DNA of 64,000 bases from Gordius albopunctatus (lineage: Eukaryota): NCBI GenBank assembly GCA_964276515.1, contig OZ193909.1, positions 17,174,001-17,238,000 on the forward strand, written 5' to 3'. The notes beneath the pieces are model-generated. The model did not search any database, was not told where the DNA came from, and was given only the letters and a program-made list of their open reading frames with translations. Position 1 is the first letter of the stretch, and the number at the start of each line of letters is the position of its first letter. The translations under genes and the position numbers were made by a program. This document shows positions 39,478 through 52,216 of the stretch, one piece after another.

Positions 39478-42400
39478 TTATAGTTTCAAAGTTTTTTATC
39501 AGTTCTTTTTATAATAAAATATAGTTAGAATTTTTAAAAATAAGTGTAAGTTACAGGATGTGTTAAATTTAATTAAATATTTATATAATTACCTTTACAC
39601 ACATCTAATTATAATAAGTAAATTTTTGAGATGATCTTAAACCTCAACAAATATTTAATTATAGTTTTCTTTCTATTAATATATAATATTTTATTTTTAA
39701 TTTTTTAAAATTTGGAGGTGTATAAAATGAATAAAACTTGTTACTTGATTGATTCTTATCTGGACAATCTAAATTCGATAAAATAGTTATGGATGTATTT
39801 GAGTATTTATATTAAATTATAGTTTAATTAAAGACATTATTTTTACATGGACATATCTCTCGCAGGGTGTATACTAATTTACAAAAATTTTAAAATTATA
39901 TAATAAAAAAAGATTTATATTAAGAGTTTACCTCAAAATTTTTATTGCAGTGTTATTATTGGAATAGAAGATTAGAGAAGTTTTAAAGTTAAGATACTTA
40001 AAAATGAAGAAAAACCATTTTCCCTTACGCATATCATTGAGTGAAATATAATTAGAGCTGTTAAAGGATCTAGTTCCTTTTTTTCTCAATTTATCGCAAA
40101 AGGAACTGCTTACAAGTTACTTTTAAGTTCCTTTTGCCAATTTCAATTTGCATTAAAATTTTTTAAATTAATTTATAATTTAGTATTTTATTCACGGTAG
40201 TGTTTGTTAAATAAATTTTTCGACTTAATTTATATAAAGTGAAAGCAAATATTTTAGAGGATATCAATTTGTTTTTTCCTAAATCTCAACAGGCTGGACC
40301 TATTTTATAAGAAATGGATTTTTTTGAATTAAAAAATGATGAAAATAATGAATCAATTGAACGTTACTTTGCTTTCTAATAACCGGAATTTAAGTCTTTT
40401 AGACAGTTTTCCCCATTAAAAAAACTATTTATTAAATATAATACGCCACTACCATCAAGTTCCCCTGTGGAAAGATTATTTAGTTTGGGCAAAATTTTAT
40501 TTGGAGACAAGCGAACATGTATTTTAGATGACAACTTAAATAATATTTTGTTAAAATCAAATAAACATTTATTACCTGATGATTTTTATAAATTGTAATA
40601 TATAATATATTGTTTTTATGGATTAATAAAAGATGTTTGTACATTAAAAAAAAATTTAAAAAAGGAACTTCAAAAGGAACTGGAACTAGTTCCATTTTAG
40701 GCAAAGGAACTGGAACTTGACAAGTTCCTTTTTAAAAGGAACTTTTAACAGCTCTAAATATAATATATATTTTTTAAACTATAATATATTATAAATGTCC
40801 AATTTTTACGGTAGTTCTGAATTGCTTTATTAAAAAAAATATATTATAACGATAAAGAAAATTTACTGGAATCTATAAAATTTAGCAAAAAAACAACTTA
40901 ATAGTAATTATGACTTTGGTTGTAGGCTTCTAAGGTTTCCCCCGAATAAAAATATAAGTTGCATAATTTTAATAAATGGAAAAATATATACATTTAAAAA
41001 GATAATTAAGCGCGTCAAAAACATCTTTTCATAAAACTTTTATAAAATAGTACTGGATAATAGTGAATAAAATTTGATATAAATATTATAATATTTTAGT
41101 TTTAATAAAAAAAACAAAAAAATTAAACTACGCTTATGAAAAATATATAAAGCATCATGTTATATAGATTTTACCAAGGACGTGGTGGGCTTCTGAATTT
41201 TAAAAACATACATAGGTAATTAATTGTATAAAAAATTCCACTTTTATATATTTAATTTCAAATTTTTAAATAGATATTTCGCAACTTTTATACAACTTAC
41301 GATCAAAAATTGTGTTAACTATGTTTTTGATATTTAATAATTAAATAACACTATCAGATCAATAATAATAAAACTGCTTACAGACATTGGATAGGTGCGC
41401 TAAATATATTTATGAACATTATATATATATATATATATGTGCAACAAAATTATGTTTTGTATTCATGTAATTATATAAATTGACTCTTGTATTTGTTCTC
41501 GGTTTGAAGCGTATAACTTTCTAGAATATTTAATTAATGGATTTATTTTTAAAATATAAAATCGCTAATTTACCGTAGGGGTCTAATCTCACTAATTTTA
41601 AAGGTTACAGTTAAAATACGTAGTATCAAATAAATGATTTTACCTGTAGAAACATTTAATGACCCTAAAATATTTAAGGAAATAAAATAAAATAGTGTTA
41701 ACAAGTGATTATTAAAAAATAATAATTATTATTATATACTAGCGATAGAATATTTTTCCATAGTTTCTAAATAAGAAGTTTGTCAATATTAATTCAATGA
41801 TTGCAAAAACCAGTATTATATGATTATTATAAATTTTTTACCTTCGAAGGCATCATCTATATTGGTATATTGGTAAGTAGTTTTAGACATATTATTTTTG
41901 ATTTAGTTTAATTTTTATTACTATTCATCTCAAGCGCTATATAATCTAGATTAACTAAAAAATAAATTTATTTATTTAATTATTAAAATATTTATTTTTA
42001 CTTTCAAACGTGCTCTGGTTAAAGGTTAATTCATCTATAAAATATAAAACAATAGGAATTAACATTTTGATAAAATATTTTTGTTAGAGATATAGATAAA
42101 AAATATTTAAAATATCTTTAAAAGTTTAGATATGAATTAAATTTTGTTAATACTTGGACAATTTTTAATCATATTATTATAGATATTATTTATTCTAATA
42201 AAATCTCACTAGTAATACCGTTAAGGTTTAAGTCTAAAGATATGAGTTCAAAAAGTTTTAAAAAATAAATTTTTATAATTATAATATATTACAAAAATTT
42301 TTTATAAAATAGTTGAATATAATTATTTACTCGAGATATATGTATCATTGATGGCTTCTAAAAATAAAAAAGAATTTAATGTAATTTGTAAATATAATTA

Positions 42401-45400
42401 TTAAAAAAGCTCAGTATATAAATTTACCAACCTAAAACTAAAAAACGATGAATATAGTTTTAAAATTGTGGTAAAATAATATTAATTTTAGCTTTACAAC
42501 GTAATTTTTAAAAATTACCTGCTTTGATGTTGCTTTGAAGGGTCAAATCTGTTCGATTTCGTAATTATTTTAGATGCCAATTTTAAGTTAATGTAAAATT
42601 AACAAGTCCTATAGTTTTATCATACTTGCGCTATCAATTTTTTCTTTCATCTCTGTAATTTTTTGTAAATAATTAATAAGCTTCAATCTAAGACTTATTA
42701 AATGTTTATATTTAAATTTGTACCTTTGCATATTGAATCTATGAAGAATTTTTATATTGTAATTAAACTTATCTACAAGTGGCCGTTTAAAGTGAGAAAA
42801 TATGTATCACAAAAATCATTCCAACGTGTTTCTATGAGTGCAACCATCATTTGTCAAATCAGAATGTTACATTTAAAAACATTTTTAGCCAAACTTAAGA
42901 AAATTTTGACCTTTGTAATTTATATTTTTCCTAATATTTTTTTTTTGGGGGGGGGGGGAAATCTATGAAAAGTATTTTTTTGTAAAATAATATAAAAGAC
43001 GCGTTCCACCCCTTATATATAGACCCATTTTATTATGTTTTAATATTATAGTCTATGATTATACAATACAAAATTTGATATGAGAAACGAAGGTTAATTA
43101 AGATAAAATACCGTTGGGCCAATACTTTTGGTAATCTTATGGAATATTATTTAATTTTATTCAAATTTAATAATTAAATTATACAAAAAATAGATATAAA
43201 CTCCTTACAAAGACAAAGTGAGAGAGATTTATCTAAATATAATATTAAATATCTTATATTTGTGATACATAATTTTATTACTTATTCGATTGACGTATAA
43301 CTGTTGCCAGTTGCATACTATAAAATAACAAGTTTTTTAATTTGAGATTCTTTAAATGTTTTCTTGTAATAAATATTGTAATACTTGCAATGAATTGCCT
43401 AACTGAAGAAGTATTATATAAAGGGTTTAGGTAAAATATTTTCTTATATTGATATTACCTCGGTCGGTTAAGATTGGATAAGGAAAAGTGACATTTTTTA
43501 TTCCTAAAAACATATACAAAAATTATATCGATAATTTACTCATTAGTCCTGCTGTAGCATTCGCTAAATCAAATATTATGGAATAAAAATTAATTTTAAA
43601 TTACAATTTAAGCTAAAATATTTGATTATCATTACCGAACCGTTCTATAAAGCAAAATTAAACAGAAATTGAGGAATAATGTTTAACTCGTACTCTATAG
43701 AAACCTTGCAAAATTATATAGGCAAAAAGAAATTAAAAATAAATGTAGAAAACATTAATTCAAAAAATTTATCTAAAAATTTAGTAAAATTAATATAAAG
43801 CATAGCAAAAGTAAAAGTTGTGGTGAGAGCATAACAACTTGCCTTTAACTAAAGGTGCTAAAAATAATTGTTTGTAATAAATAGGTCAGGATTTTGTAAT
43901 AACATAATTATAAATTATACTATCATACCGAGGTGATCTAAATATTTAATATAGTAACCCATTTATTTGCAATCTAATTTTTTTACAACGGTTTATAAAG
44001 AATTAATCTATATTAGGTTAAATACTTAGTTGTGTTTTAAAGTGTCGCTCTATCATTTCTTCTATAATTTAAAATAACAAAGAATTAATATCATCAAGAA
44101 AAACGACCCAAAATTTATTAATTGCTAAGCTATTCATGTGCCATCCCTCTCTAGTAGAAACTGTGCTGTCCTAAATGATTTCAACCTCTGCTTACCAAAT
44201 TGACAGTAATTCTACATACGAATGAACTGCACGGGCGTCGCCCAACCCAGCCCGAGGTGGTTCTTTAATGCAAAATCTGCCTAAAAGTTTTAATCTAAAC
44301 AAGCATAAGTCTAGGTTCAAGTCAGGTCTTATATAAAAAAAGATTTTAAAGTAGGGACGGGCTTGGACAAATTAAAAAGATAAATACTTTGAAGCTTGAC
44401 ACTAAAAGCACATGGCTTTTCGGAGCCGAATTCAGTTTGTACTGTTCAAAATCTTAAAATACTGTTCGATCATAAAAAATTTGAATGTTTAACGATCAAG
44501 TGACAAATTTGATAAAAGTTCACTTGGCATCCAACTTTTTAAAGGATTTAATTTTATCATCGCGAAGAAAAGCTATTACAAGCATAGACAACATAGACTG
44601 CTCATCACGGTATAAAATGTGTGTGTGTTCTTCCGCCATTTTGATGAACACTACCGTCCTATATCACATAATGGCGTTTTGCGCTGTGCCGTTTTGTTCG
44701 AACAGGAGAGGTAAAGAAAAAAGGTTTTGATTCCATAAATAAGTAAGATATTACAAAATATATGATATTTTTAAAAAATATATTATTGACACATTTAATA
44801 AAAATTAAAAATGTAAAAACTGTAATGATATTAAAATTTTTTAAAAATATCATATATTTTGTAATATCTTACTTATTTATGGAATCAAAACCTTTTTTCT
44901 TTACCTCTCCTGTTCGAACAAAACGGCACAGCGCAAAACGCCATTGCGTGATATAGGACGGTAGTGTTCATCAAAATGGAGGCAAATTTCACACACAATT
45001 TGCCATATGGAACATATGACATGGGCAGTCTATGTAGTCTATGATTACAAGCCACAGAGATGAGAATGATACGGTTGTTCTGATAATCAAAACCTAGGTT
45101 CTGCATCCCAAACCTCGACCTGAGCTTCATCCCGAAAGTCAACTTGAAAAGCTTCAAGTCCATTTTACACCCAACCTGAAACCCCAGGTTGACCTCAGGT
45201 AGAGGCCTGCACGGGTCATCCGAAATCCGAACCCGATCCGACCTTAGAGTCGGGTCAAAGGATATGAATCTTACATTACAAAATGAACGAAACGTATTTG
45301 TTAAATTAATGCTATTATCTATAATTTTTGTAAAACAATATCGAATTGTATAACTAATTATAATCATTCATTCATATAATCCATTTCCTTTCCTATTTTT

Positions 45401-48400
45401 TTAATTCGTTTAATTTGGAGGCAAATTTAAATTTAAAGCTGAATCACGAAAGGTAAAATAACAAATGAGTATTTATTATTCTTTATTTAACTAAATAAAG
45501 TTATAACTAAATATTCATAAATCAACACGAAATTGTAGACGCCAAAATATTTATACATAATTATTATAAATCAATTTAAATTTATCAATGAAATTTTGTA
45601 TGATGGTTTCTGTCGAATAAATTTTTCATCCTCAAATTTTTCTACTTGGTCGGGTGCGGGTTGAAAATTTAAAAACGCTTTCGGGTCGGGTGGGGTTGAA
45701 AAAAAGTGATTTTGCAGGCCTCTAACCTCAGGTTAGCCTAGAAAATTCTTTTATTTATGTGATAAATTTAAGTATAAATTTTTTCTTATTTTAAATATTT
45801 TCCTTTATCAAGATGCACTAAATTTTTTAAATATTCACAATTTTAAATAAATAAAAAATAGGTTGTTGTTATTAGTTTTCAAAAAAGTTGAGTAATTTTT
45901 AATATACAAATGATTTAAATATTGAAAATGTTATTTTATAAAAGCGCCATCTATGTATTAACAAATTTTCACAAAGCGTTGGGATGCATTCTATTCCACG
46001 CATTCACATAGTATATAGTGCTATCATACGACGGCACTTCAATCAATTGTTTTACCCGAAGGTGCACATATATTATATATTGCATGCGCGCCCCCTTGTT
46101 ATCTCACACGTGCTAAGCTAATCATATTGCATTGCAAAAACAAGCAAATAAAGGGGAGAGGGAGGGGGAGGTGAATTAAGGCAGGAATGAGGGGTGTGTC
46201 TAGGTGGGAACCGGGTGGGTCAAGGTTGGAAGGGAGAATTGCAGCAGGAGAGAACGGGGTGTGTGTATAGTTCCCACTCCGAAGATATCATAACGATAAG
46301 GTTTACAAGATAGATACGCATGTAACACACACACCCTACCCAGCCCCATAATTTTATCACACAACAATCTGCTATGCTACTACATAGTATATGCATAGAC
46401 TAGATAGACTGCTCATGCCATATGGTTAATTGTGTGTCAAATTTTCCTCCATTTTCAAGAGAGCAACTGGTGTATTTAAACCATGTAATTTTGCCTTATA
46501 ATTATAACAGTCAATTTACTTTCTCCACTAGTTTATAAATTAAAACGAACGTCAATAAATGAATTATTGATGGCGCTATATTATTAAACAAACTTTAATC
46601 GCAGTTTTTACATGTTTAATTTTTATGTATTGTGTAAATGATATTTATTTTAAAATGCTGTTTTTGATATCTACCCAATTCAATATTTATTTATTTACCT
46701 TTTTAAGATTATTAAATTTGCGAAAATTACTCATTTCTATATGATCACCACTTGACCATGTTCACATCAAAATGGTAGAAAAAGGGGTACACAATTTATG
46801 CGTTGGTGAGCAGTCTATCAAGTCTATGCGTAGTATATGCATACAATGCAATGCATCCAAAGCTTCATGAAAACTTGTTAATATATAGTATAGATGTTTA
46901 ATATTAAAATCATTTGTATATCAATAATTTCTCAATTTTTTTAAATAATAACAACAAACTGTTTTTCCTTCATTCAAGTTGTGAATGTTTAAAAAAATTA
47001 TTGCATCTTGAAAAGGGGAAATATTAAATAAAATATAAAATTTATACTTAAATTTATCACATAGAAAAAGAATTTTCTAGGTTAACCCGAGGTCAACCTG
47101 GGGTTTCAGGTTGGGTGTAAAATTGACCTGAAGGTTTTTCAGGTTGAATTTCGGGATTAACATCAGGACCTAAAACCGACCTCAGGTTGAACCTCGGGAA
47201 AACCTGACCTAGGTTTTGATCATCACTAATACCTTGGAGCTTGGGGCATACTAAGCTCTACCATATGACGAATGACTTTCTCGTGACAAAAATTGGGTAT
47301 TAAACCTATGGCGGACGTGATTAACGAAAATCGGCTAAGGTGGAATGGCCATATACTAAGAAGGGGGAAGAATGATGTAAATCGGAAAGTATAGGACATG
47401 GAGGTACCGGGGAAGGAAGGAGGAGGACGAGCTCGTGTTACGTAGAAAGTAGTGTTGTAAATTCGGCAGGGTTTTGTTAGATCGACCCTTAGTTTTGGTC
47501 GATTAAACATTAACAAACAAAAGGTTTTTTGGTCTGATTTTCTTGGTCTACCTCTAGGCTTAGTCAAAATTTGAAAAGCAGACCAGAGTCGACCGTTAGT
47601 CTTAGTATAACCAAAGATCGACCAAACAAAAACCAGTGTTTTTACAACACTAGTGGAAAGGGTAAATCGACAAAGTTATGAAATCTAAGAAAGACCAAGA
47701 TGGAAAAAAGTCATCAAAACGAATACTTGATAAAGAAGAAGAGATTTAACAATAGATGTCTTAAGTTCCTTATACCGAAGTCCTTCTTTTTAGGAACATT
47801 AATAACATAGCTTAAATTCGGCACTTGATGGTATCAATTGTGATAAGTTTAAATGAAACACTTTTTAAGCACAAAAAGAAGGATCAAGATGGAAAAAAGT
47901 CATCAAAACGAATACTTGATAAAGAAGAAGAGATTTAACAATAGATGTCTAAAGTTCCTTATACCGGAGTCCTTCTTTTTAGGAACATTAATAACATAGC
48001 TTAAATTCGGTACTTGATGGTATCAATTGTGATAAGTTTAAATGAAACACTTTTTAAGCACAAAAAGTGTCATCTCAAATGTTATTTGAAAAATATTTTT
48101 TATTGTGACTAATCAGTGCAAATAATCAATTGATTTTGTCGTGATTACCAGTATTGGAAAGCTCCCTCTGTAAATCTGTAAACGTAAATTTTTAATCGAG
48201 ATCAATATTTGGCAAATTTACAAATAATGTTAAAAATTAAATTATTTTATCGTTAAAACCTGTATTGTTTTTCACCATTGACCCTGAGAAAATGAAATTT
48301 AAAAAGGTTAATATAAGTTTTTTTGGTAATTAAAAATATTGAATTGAATTACTTCTTTTTGCTAACACATATTTTAAGTCTTCAAAGCAAAAATAAATTA

Positions 48401-50846
48401 TTTGTAAAAGGAATAATAATTAAAATCATAATTAAATAGTAAGATTTTAAATTACGATAATGTTTCAACGCTGTAAAATATTTTTTATTTTTAGCTAGGT
48501 TAGTTAAAAATATGTTCAACAAGATAAAAATTAATTTAACCCACCAGTTTCTTCCAGCGATTTAAAGATATTTTTGCTGTATGTAGTGTCTGTAATAAAT
48601 AGGTATAAATTAGACTAAAAAATGAATTATATTTTAAAAGTATTTTTAAGATATTTTTCCCCTAAATACCAGATATCTATATTGTTTAAACGATTTGGTA
48701 TTTTAAAGATTGGCGAGAATAAATTCATATTGTTAAAATTTGAATGTATGTTAATATTAGTGGAGATCGGAGGTCAGATTTGTTTGGAATTTTATGCCCG
48801 AACCCGGCCCGGTTTAATTTTTTAACTTCATTGCCCGCCCGAAACATTGGAGCTGCCCGAAATGCCCGGCCCGGAATATTAAATTTGCCTGTTAGGCCCA
48901 ACATTTTGCGATCCCAAATTCTTTCAACCACTAGTAAAAAATAAGCATCAAATTAATGGCATATTTAATAAATCAAATATAGCAATATTTTATCATTCCG
49001 GACAAAATCTAAATTCCAATATTATTTAAAAGTCGAATGATTTTCCCAAGTGAAACTTTTGAGCTTTAATCTTAATCCTAATAGGTCAAAAAAAACCTAG
49101 TATTTGGTCTTTCTAAAAATTTGGCCATAGTTTCTTTAAAATATTGGCATCACTGGCAAAACCGCTTTAGGTCACAATATTTTAGTATATTAATTGCTAA
49201 TGCATTTAGGTACAAACATGGTGGAGCGTTTACAAATCATGTAACAGCAATGTATTAATTAAATGCAGCCGATGTCCATGAAGATATTTATGTAGCAATT
49301 TTTTAATTATGTTTAAAGTACACATATTTTTATAAATAATCTTACAATAAGCAAAATTATACTCCCCTTTTAAGTTAACCCGTTTAAGCCCCTGCCCTAT
49401 AAATAAACTTCTTGTGAATAAAATTAGCTCAATTAGTCAATCTGTGCTCTTAGAACTTACTTTTTTGATAAAAAACAATAATTTACCAATAGAATTTAAA
49501 TGAATTTATGGAAAATTTTTTTTAGTTTAAAGCAAAAATAGAAAGGCATAGAAATTTATTGTTATAAAAATAAGTAATAGTTTAGCGATAGCAACGAGTT
49601 TTAAGGGAATAATATAGGCGAATTGGGGAAGCTTTGTTAAACCAAATCAGATTTGTTAAAAATATTAAAAGATATTAGAATGAAATTTAAGACTTGTACG
49701 CATTGTGTCAGTTTAGGCATGACGCTTTTTATCACGTATAGACGGCGCACATGTGAATTACGAACAATTAAAGGGCTACATAAATATAAATATTTCTATC
49801 CTTTCCATGAACGTAGTTAAGGATGGATAGACTTGATGGAAATAGATTTGTTCGGGCAAAATAGAAATAACTTAGGGACGGATGGCGAAATCAAGTTTCT
49901 TACTCTTTTAGCACTTTCATATACAATCAAATAAAAAAGTAACAAAACAATACATTATCTAAAAAATTTCATTAAGCCCGAATCCTATCATGGTGGCCGC
50001 CCGAAAATAAAAATATATGGTGGAGATAGCAAGCACAACTATATAAAATATTGAATCATCTTTAATTACACCAACATATGTTTGCAAATTTTTTAAATAT
50101 AGCTCTTCAATTTAGATTTAGCCTTTTTAACACTTTATATTTGCCTTCAATTTTGTTAGCCTAATAGTGATAATTGAGTAATAAGTGATTCATTGATTAA
50201 CTTGAAGAGACTTCACGTTCCACTTGTCCTAAATAATTGTTATAAAATGGTTTGAGCATACGCGTTATTAATTGTTATAATTTCTATATTACTTATAAAT
50301 TCCCGCACTGCCAATTTGGAGAAATAAAGCAAACCATAAAATGTTTATATATAGTGTAAAATCATGGGCATAGCCAGGATTGAAAGTAGGGGGAGGCGAT
50401 AATACTTCAGATAGGTAAAAGACCTTAAAGGTCTGTAATTTATTTTTAAATATAATCTTAATGTAATGTTGGGGGGGGGGAGTCTGGTTATACCATGAGC
50501 TTAATAGATTTAAAATGCCTACCCATATTATATATTTGTTCTGTAAAATCAAAAATTAAATTTTATATTCAACGAATTTAATGATATTTTTTATAATATT
50601 ATTACACATTGTTTACTATTTGCACTGAAAATTATCTCATCTAAAGAGAATAGACTATAATCCTGTACAGAATTATTCTTACATGCGTAAGCCACTATTT
50701 ATGTTTATAAATATTATATTTGGTAAATAAGGTTATAATATTTAAACTTACAAAACGTTTGGTATTCTGTTTGAAGAACTAAAGCACATAAAATTAGTGT
50801 AATTTTAATTAAAAGTCGCATTATATTTTGCACTTACTGCGTATAA
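39478..50846 (-). CDS. Micro-exon array, downstream block (~41 symmetric phase-1 exons of a putative secreted glycoprotein); termini unresolved
   Basis: AG/GT-bounded stop-free exons: 50838-50846, 50752-50766, 50683-50694, 50617-50640, 50523-50540, 50293-50307, 50202-50228, 48541-48576, 48456-48470, 48353-48361, 48260-48283, 48149-48175, 43929-43937, 43843-43857 (GC donor), 43636-43644, 43540-43563, 43459-43503, 43385-43402, 43282-43317, 43209-43232, 43112-43135, 42724-42738, 42626-42652, 42519-42548, 42331-42357, 42219-42233, 42002-42034, 41922-41936, 41842-41856, 41740-41766, 41644-41664, 41574-41582, 41382-41399, 41301-41318, 41175-41192, 40867-40872, 40810-40824, 39847-39873, 39745-39768, 39593-39604, 39478-39504. 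Confidence 0.75.
40053..40756 (+). mobile_element. Internally deleted hAT transposon with dimerisation-domain remnant
   Basis: TIR tagagctgttaaa/tttaacagctcta, perfect 8-bp TSD aatataat, GGAACT subterminal repeats, frame LKKLFIKYNTPLPSSSPVERLFSLG (~40410-40560) typical of hAT C-terminus. Confidence 0.92.
44583..45043. mobile_element. P-element-derived foldback MITE with inverted THAP exon-1 copies
   Basis: CATAGAC TIRs, perfect 8-bp TSD attacaag, ~144-bp near-perfect arms (44635-44778 / 44836-44979) each encoding MAFCAVPFCSNRRGKEKRF*FHK. Confidence 0.9.
45200..45724. mobile_element. hAT-type MITE
   Basis: TIR tagaggcctgca/tgcaggcctcta; perfect 8-bp TSD acctcagg. Confidence 0.92.
46394..46828. 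mobile_element. P-element-like MITE
   Basis: TIR catagactagatagactgctca / tgagcagtctatcaagtctatg; flanking repeat catagtatatg/cgtagtatatg. Confidence 0.85.
47450..47652. mobile_element. hAT-type MITE
   Basis: TIR tagtgttgtaaa/tttacaacacta; TSD gtagaaag/gtggaaag. Confidence 0.88.
47696..48067. repeat. 189-bp tandem duplication spanning a LINE tail and its flank
   Basis: 47696-47878 and 47885-48067 nearly identical. Confidence 0.92.
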
Positions 50847-51154
50847 CTAAAACAAATACAGAAATAAAGATGTAAATAATTTATAGTTAATTTTTAAATT
50901 GGGTACACTATTCTCAAGTTTATAAAGCAGGGGCGTAGCAGGATTTGTCAATGGGGAGTGAACGCTTTTATTTATATTATCATAAAATACAAATTTTAGG
51001 TCAAATTCATATTAGATATTGTAATTTTATAGCGATTTTTTCTTTGAGCGGGAATTTTCAAAAAATCATTCTTACATTCTATTCCTTAATTTAGGTTTTA
51101 GTATAATGCGCGTTATAAAACTGCGCTCATCCGTGCATGTGGTAATCGGATATT

Positions 51155-51329
51155 CACGGGCGTAGGCAGTATTGGAATTAGAGGGGGGCAATAATGATTT
51201 CGGGAGGGGTAAAATGATTATTTTTTGAATATTTTCAGACATAATTTTAATCTTTTTAAGGAAATCTTTGGATTTAGAGGGGGGCAGCCGCCCCTCCCTT
51301 CTACCACCCCCCCCTTAGCTACGCCCTTG
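51155..51329. mobile_element. hAT-type MITE (CATGGGCGTAGCC family), reverse orientation
   Basis: Reverse complement of 18874-19041; no clear TSD. Confidence 0.8.
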
Positions 51330-52216
51330 GTTACATAGGCAATGGCCTAATTATAAATTTTAAGGATGATACGGCGTCAGAAAATTCTACGGGCTACACA
51401 ATTCAATACTTTGAAACTACGTCATAGGCCATAATAAATAAAATTATGATATTATAAATGTTTGGGCTCTTTTTACCACCTAATTAAATAAGGTTAACGC
51501 AAAATTTTGTTATATCGTCTAGCAAAATAATTAATAATTTTTAAAAATTCAATTTGAAAGTCACCAAGGTCTTGCTTCACATATCACGATCGTTGTTGAC
51601 TTAAGTGTAATAGTTATTGAATGTACCTCAACCTATTCAATTCGAATATTTTTTACGATTCAGCAAATCGAAGTTATTTAAATCAAAATCACACATTTGA
51701 TTTTATTAGTTGGTTCAAAAGCACACATAGAAGTAAAATCGATAAAACAGTAACAAAATGCATCATTAAAAAAATCTAGCTTCCCACACTGGTCATGAAT
51801 CCGTAGACAACTAGAAAATGCAATTAGCAATAAGAATGTCAAATCTCCGTTAATACGACCAAAGGGATGAAAATATTAGAGTGCAATAGGGTTTTTGTAT
51901 TTGTGGTTTTTCAAACCCACGACAATAAAGAGAAGGTTTTTTTGTTGTTTTCAGGGAAGCCAATAGGTCGATTAAAGGCATCAGGGCACATAAGTGGCTG
52001 CAACGAGGATCAGATGGCATACACTGCCCTTATATTGTCTAACTTATTTAAATTCGTTTGCCAGACAGTGTAGGGGATAATTAGCATGTTCATGATAAAG
52101 TGAATGCTATTGCGATAAGTAAATGACTTCGAAAGTTTTATCCTTCATAGACTCACTCTTGAGTGCAAGGAAGCTGCAAAGGGATAGACGACGATTGAGA
52201 AACACTATCAACAGCA

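Larger units (their letters stand above)
45078..47228. mobile_element. Foldback-type element with long (~400 bp) imperfect TIRs, hosting two MITEs
   Basis: 45078-45199 + 45725-~46000 is the inverted counterpart of ~46850-47228 (tgataatcaaaacctagg / cctaggttttgatcatca). Confidence 0.8.
44560..47745 (+). mobile_element. RTE LINE 3' fragment split by three first-level DNA-transposon insertions
   Basis: Pieces 44560-44582, 45044-45077, 47229-47449, 47653-47745 rejoin to KLLQATEMRMI..ENRLRWNGHILRR..(GAA)n, collinear with 28960-29338. Confidence 0.8.
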
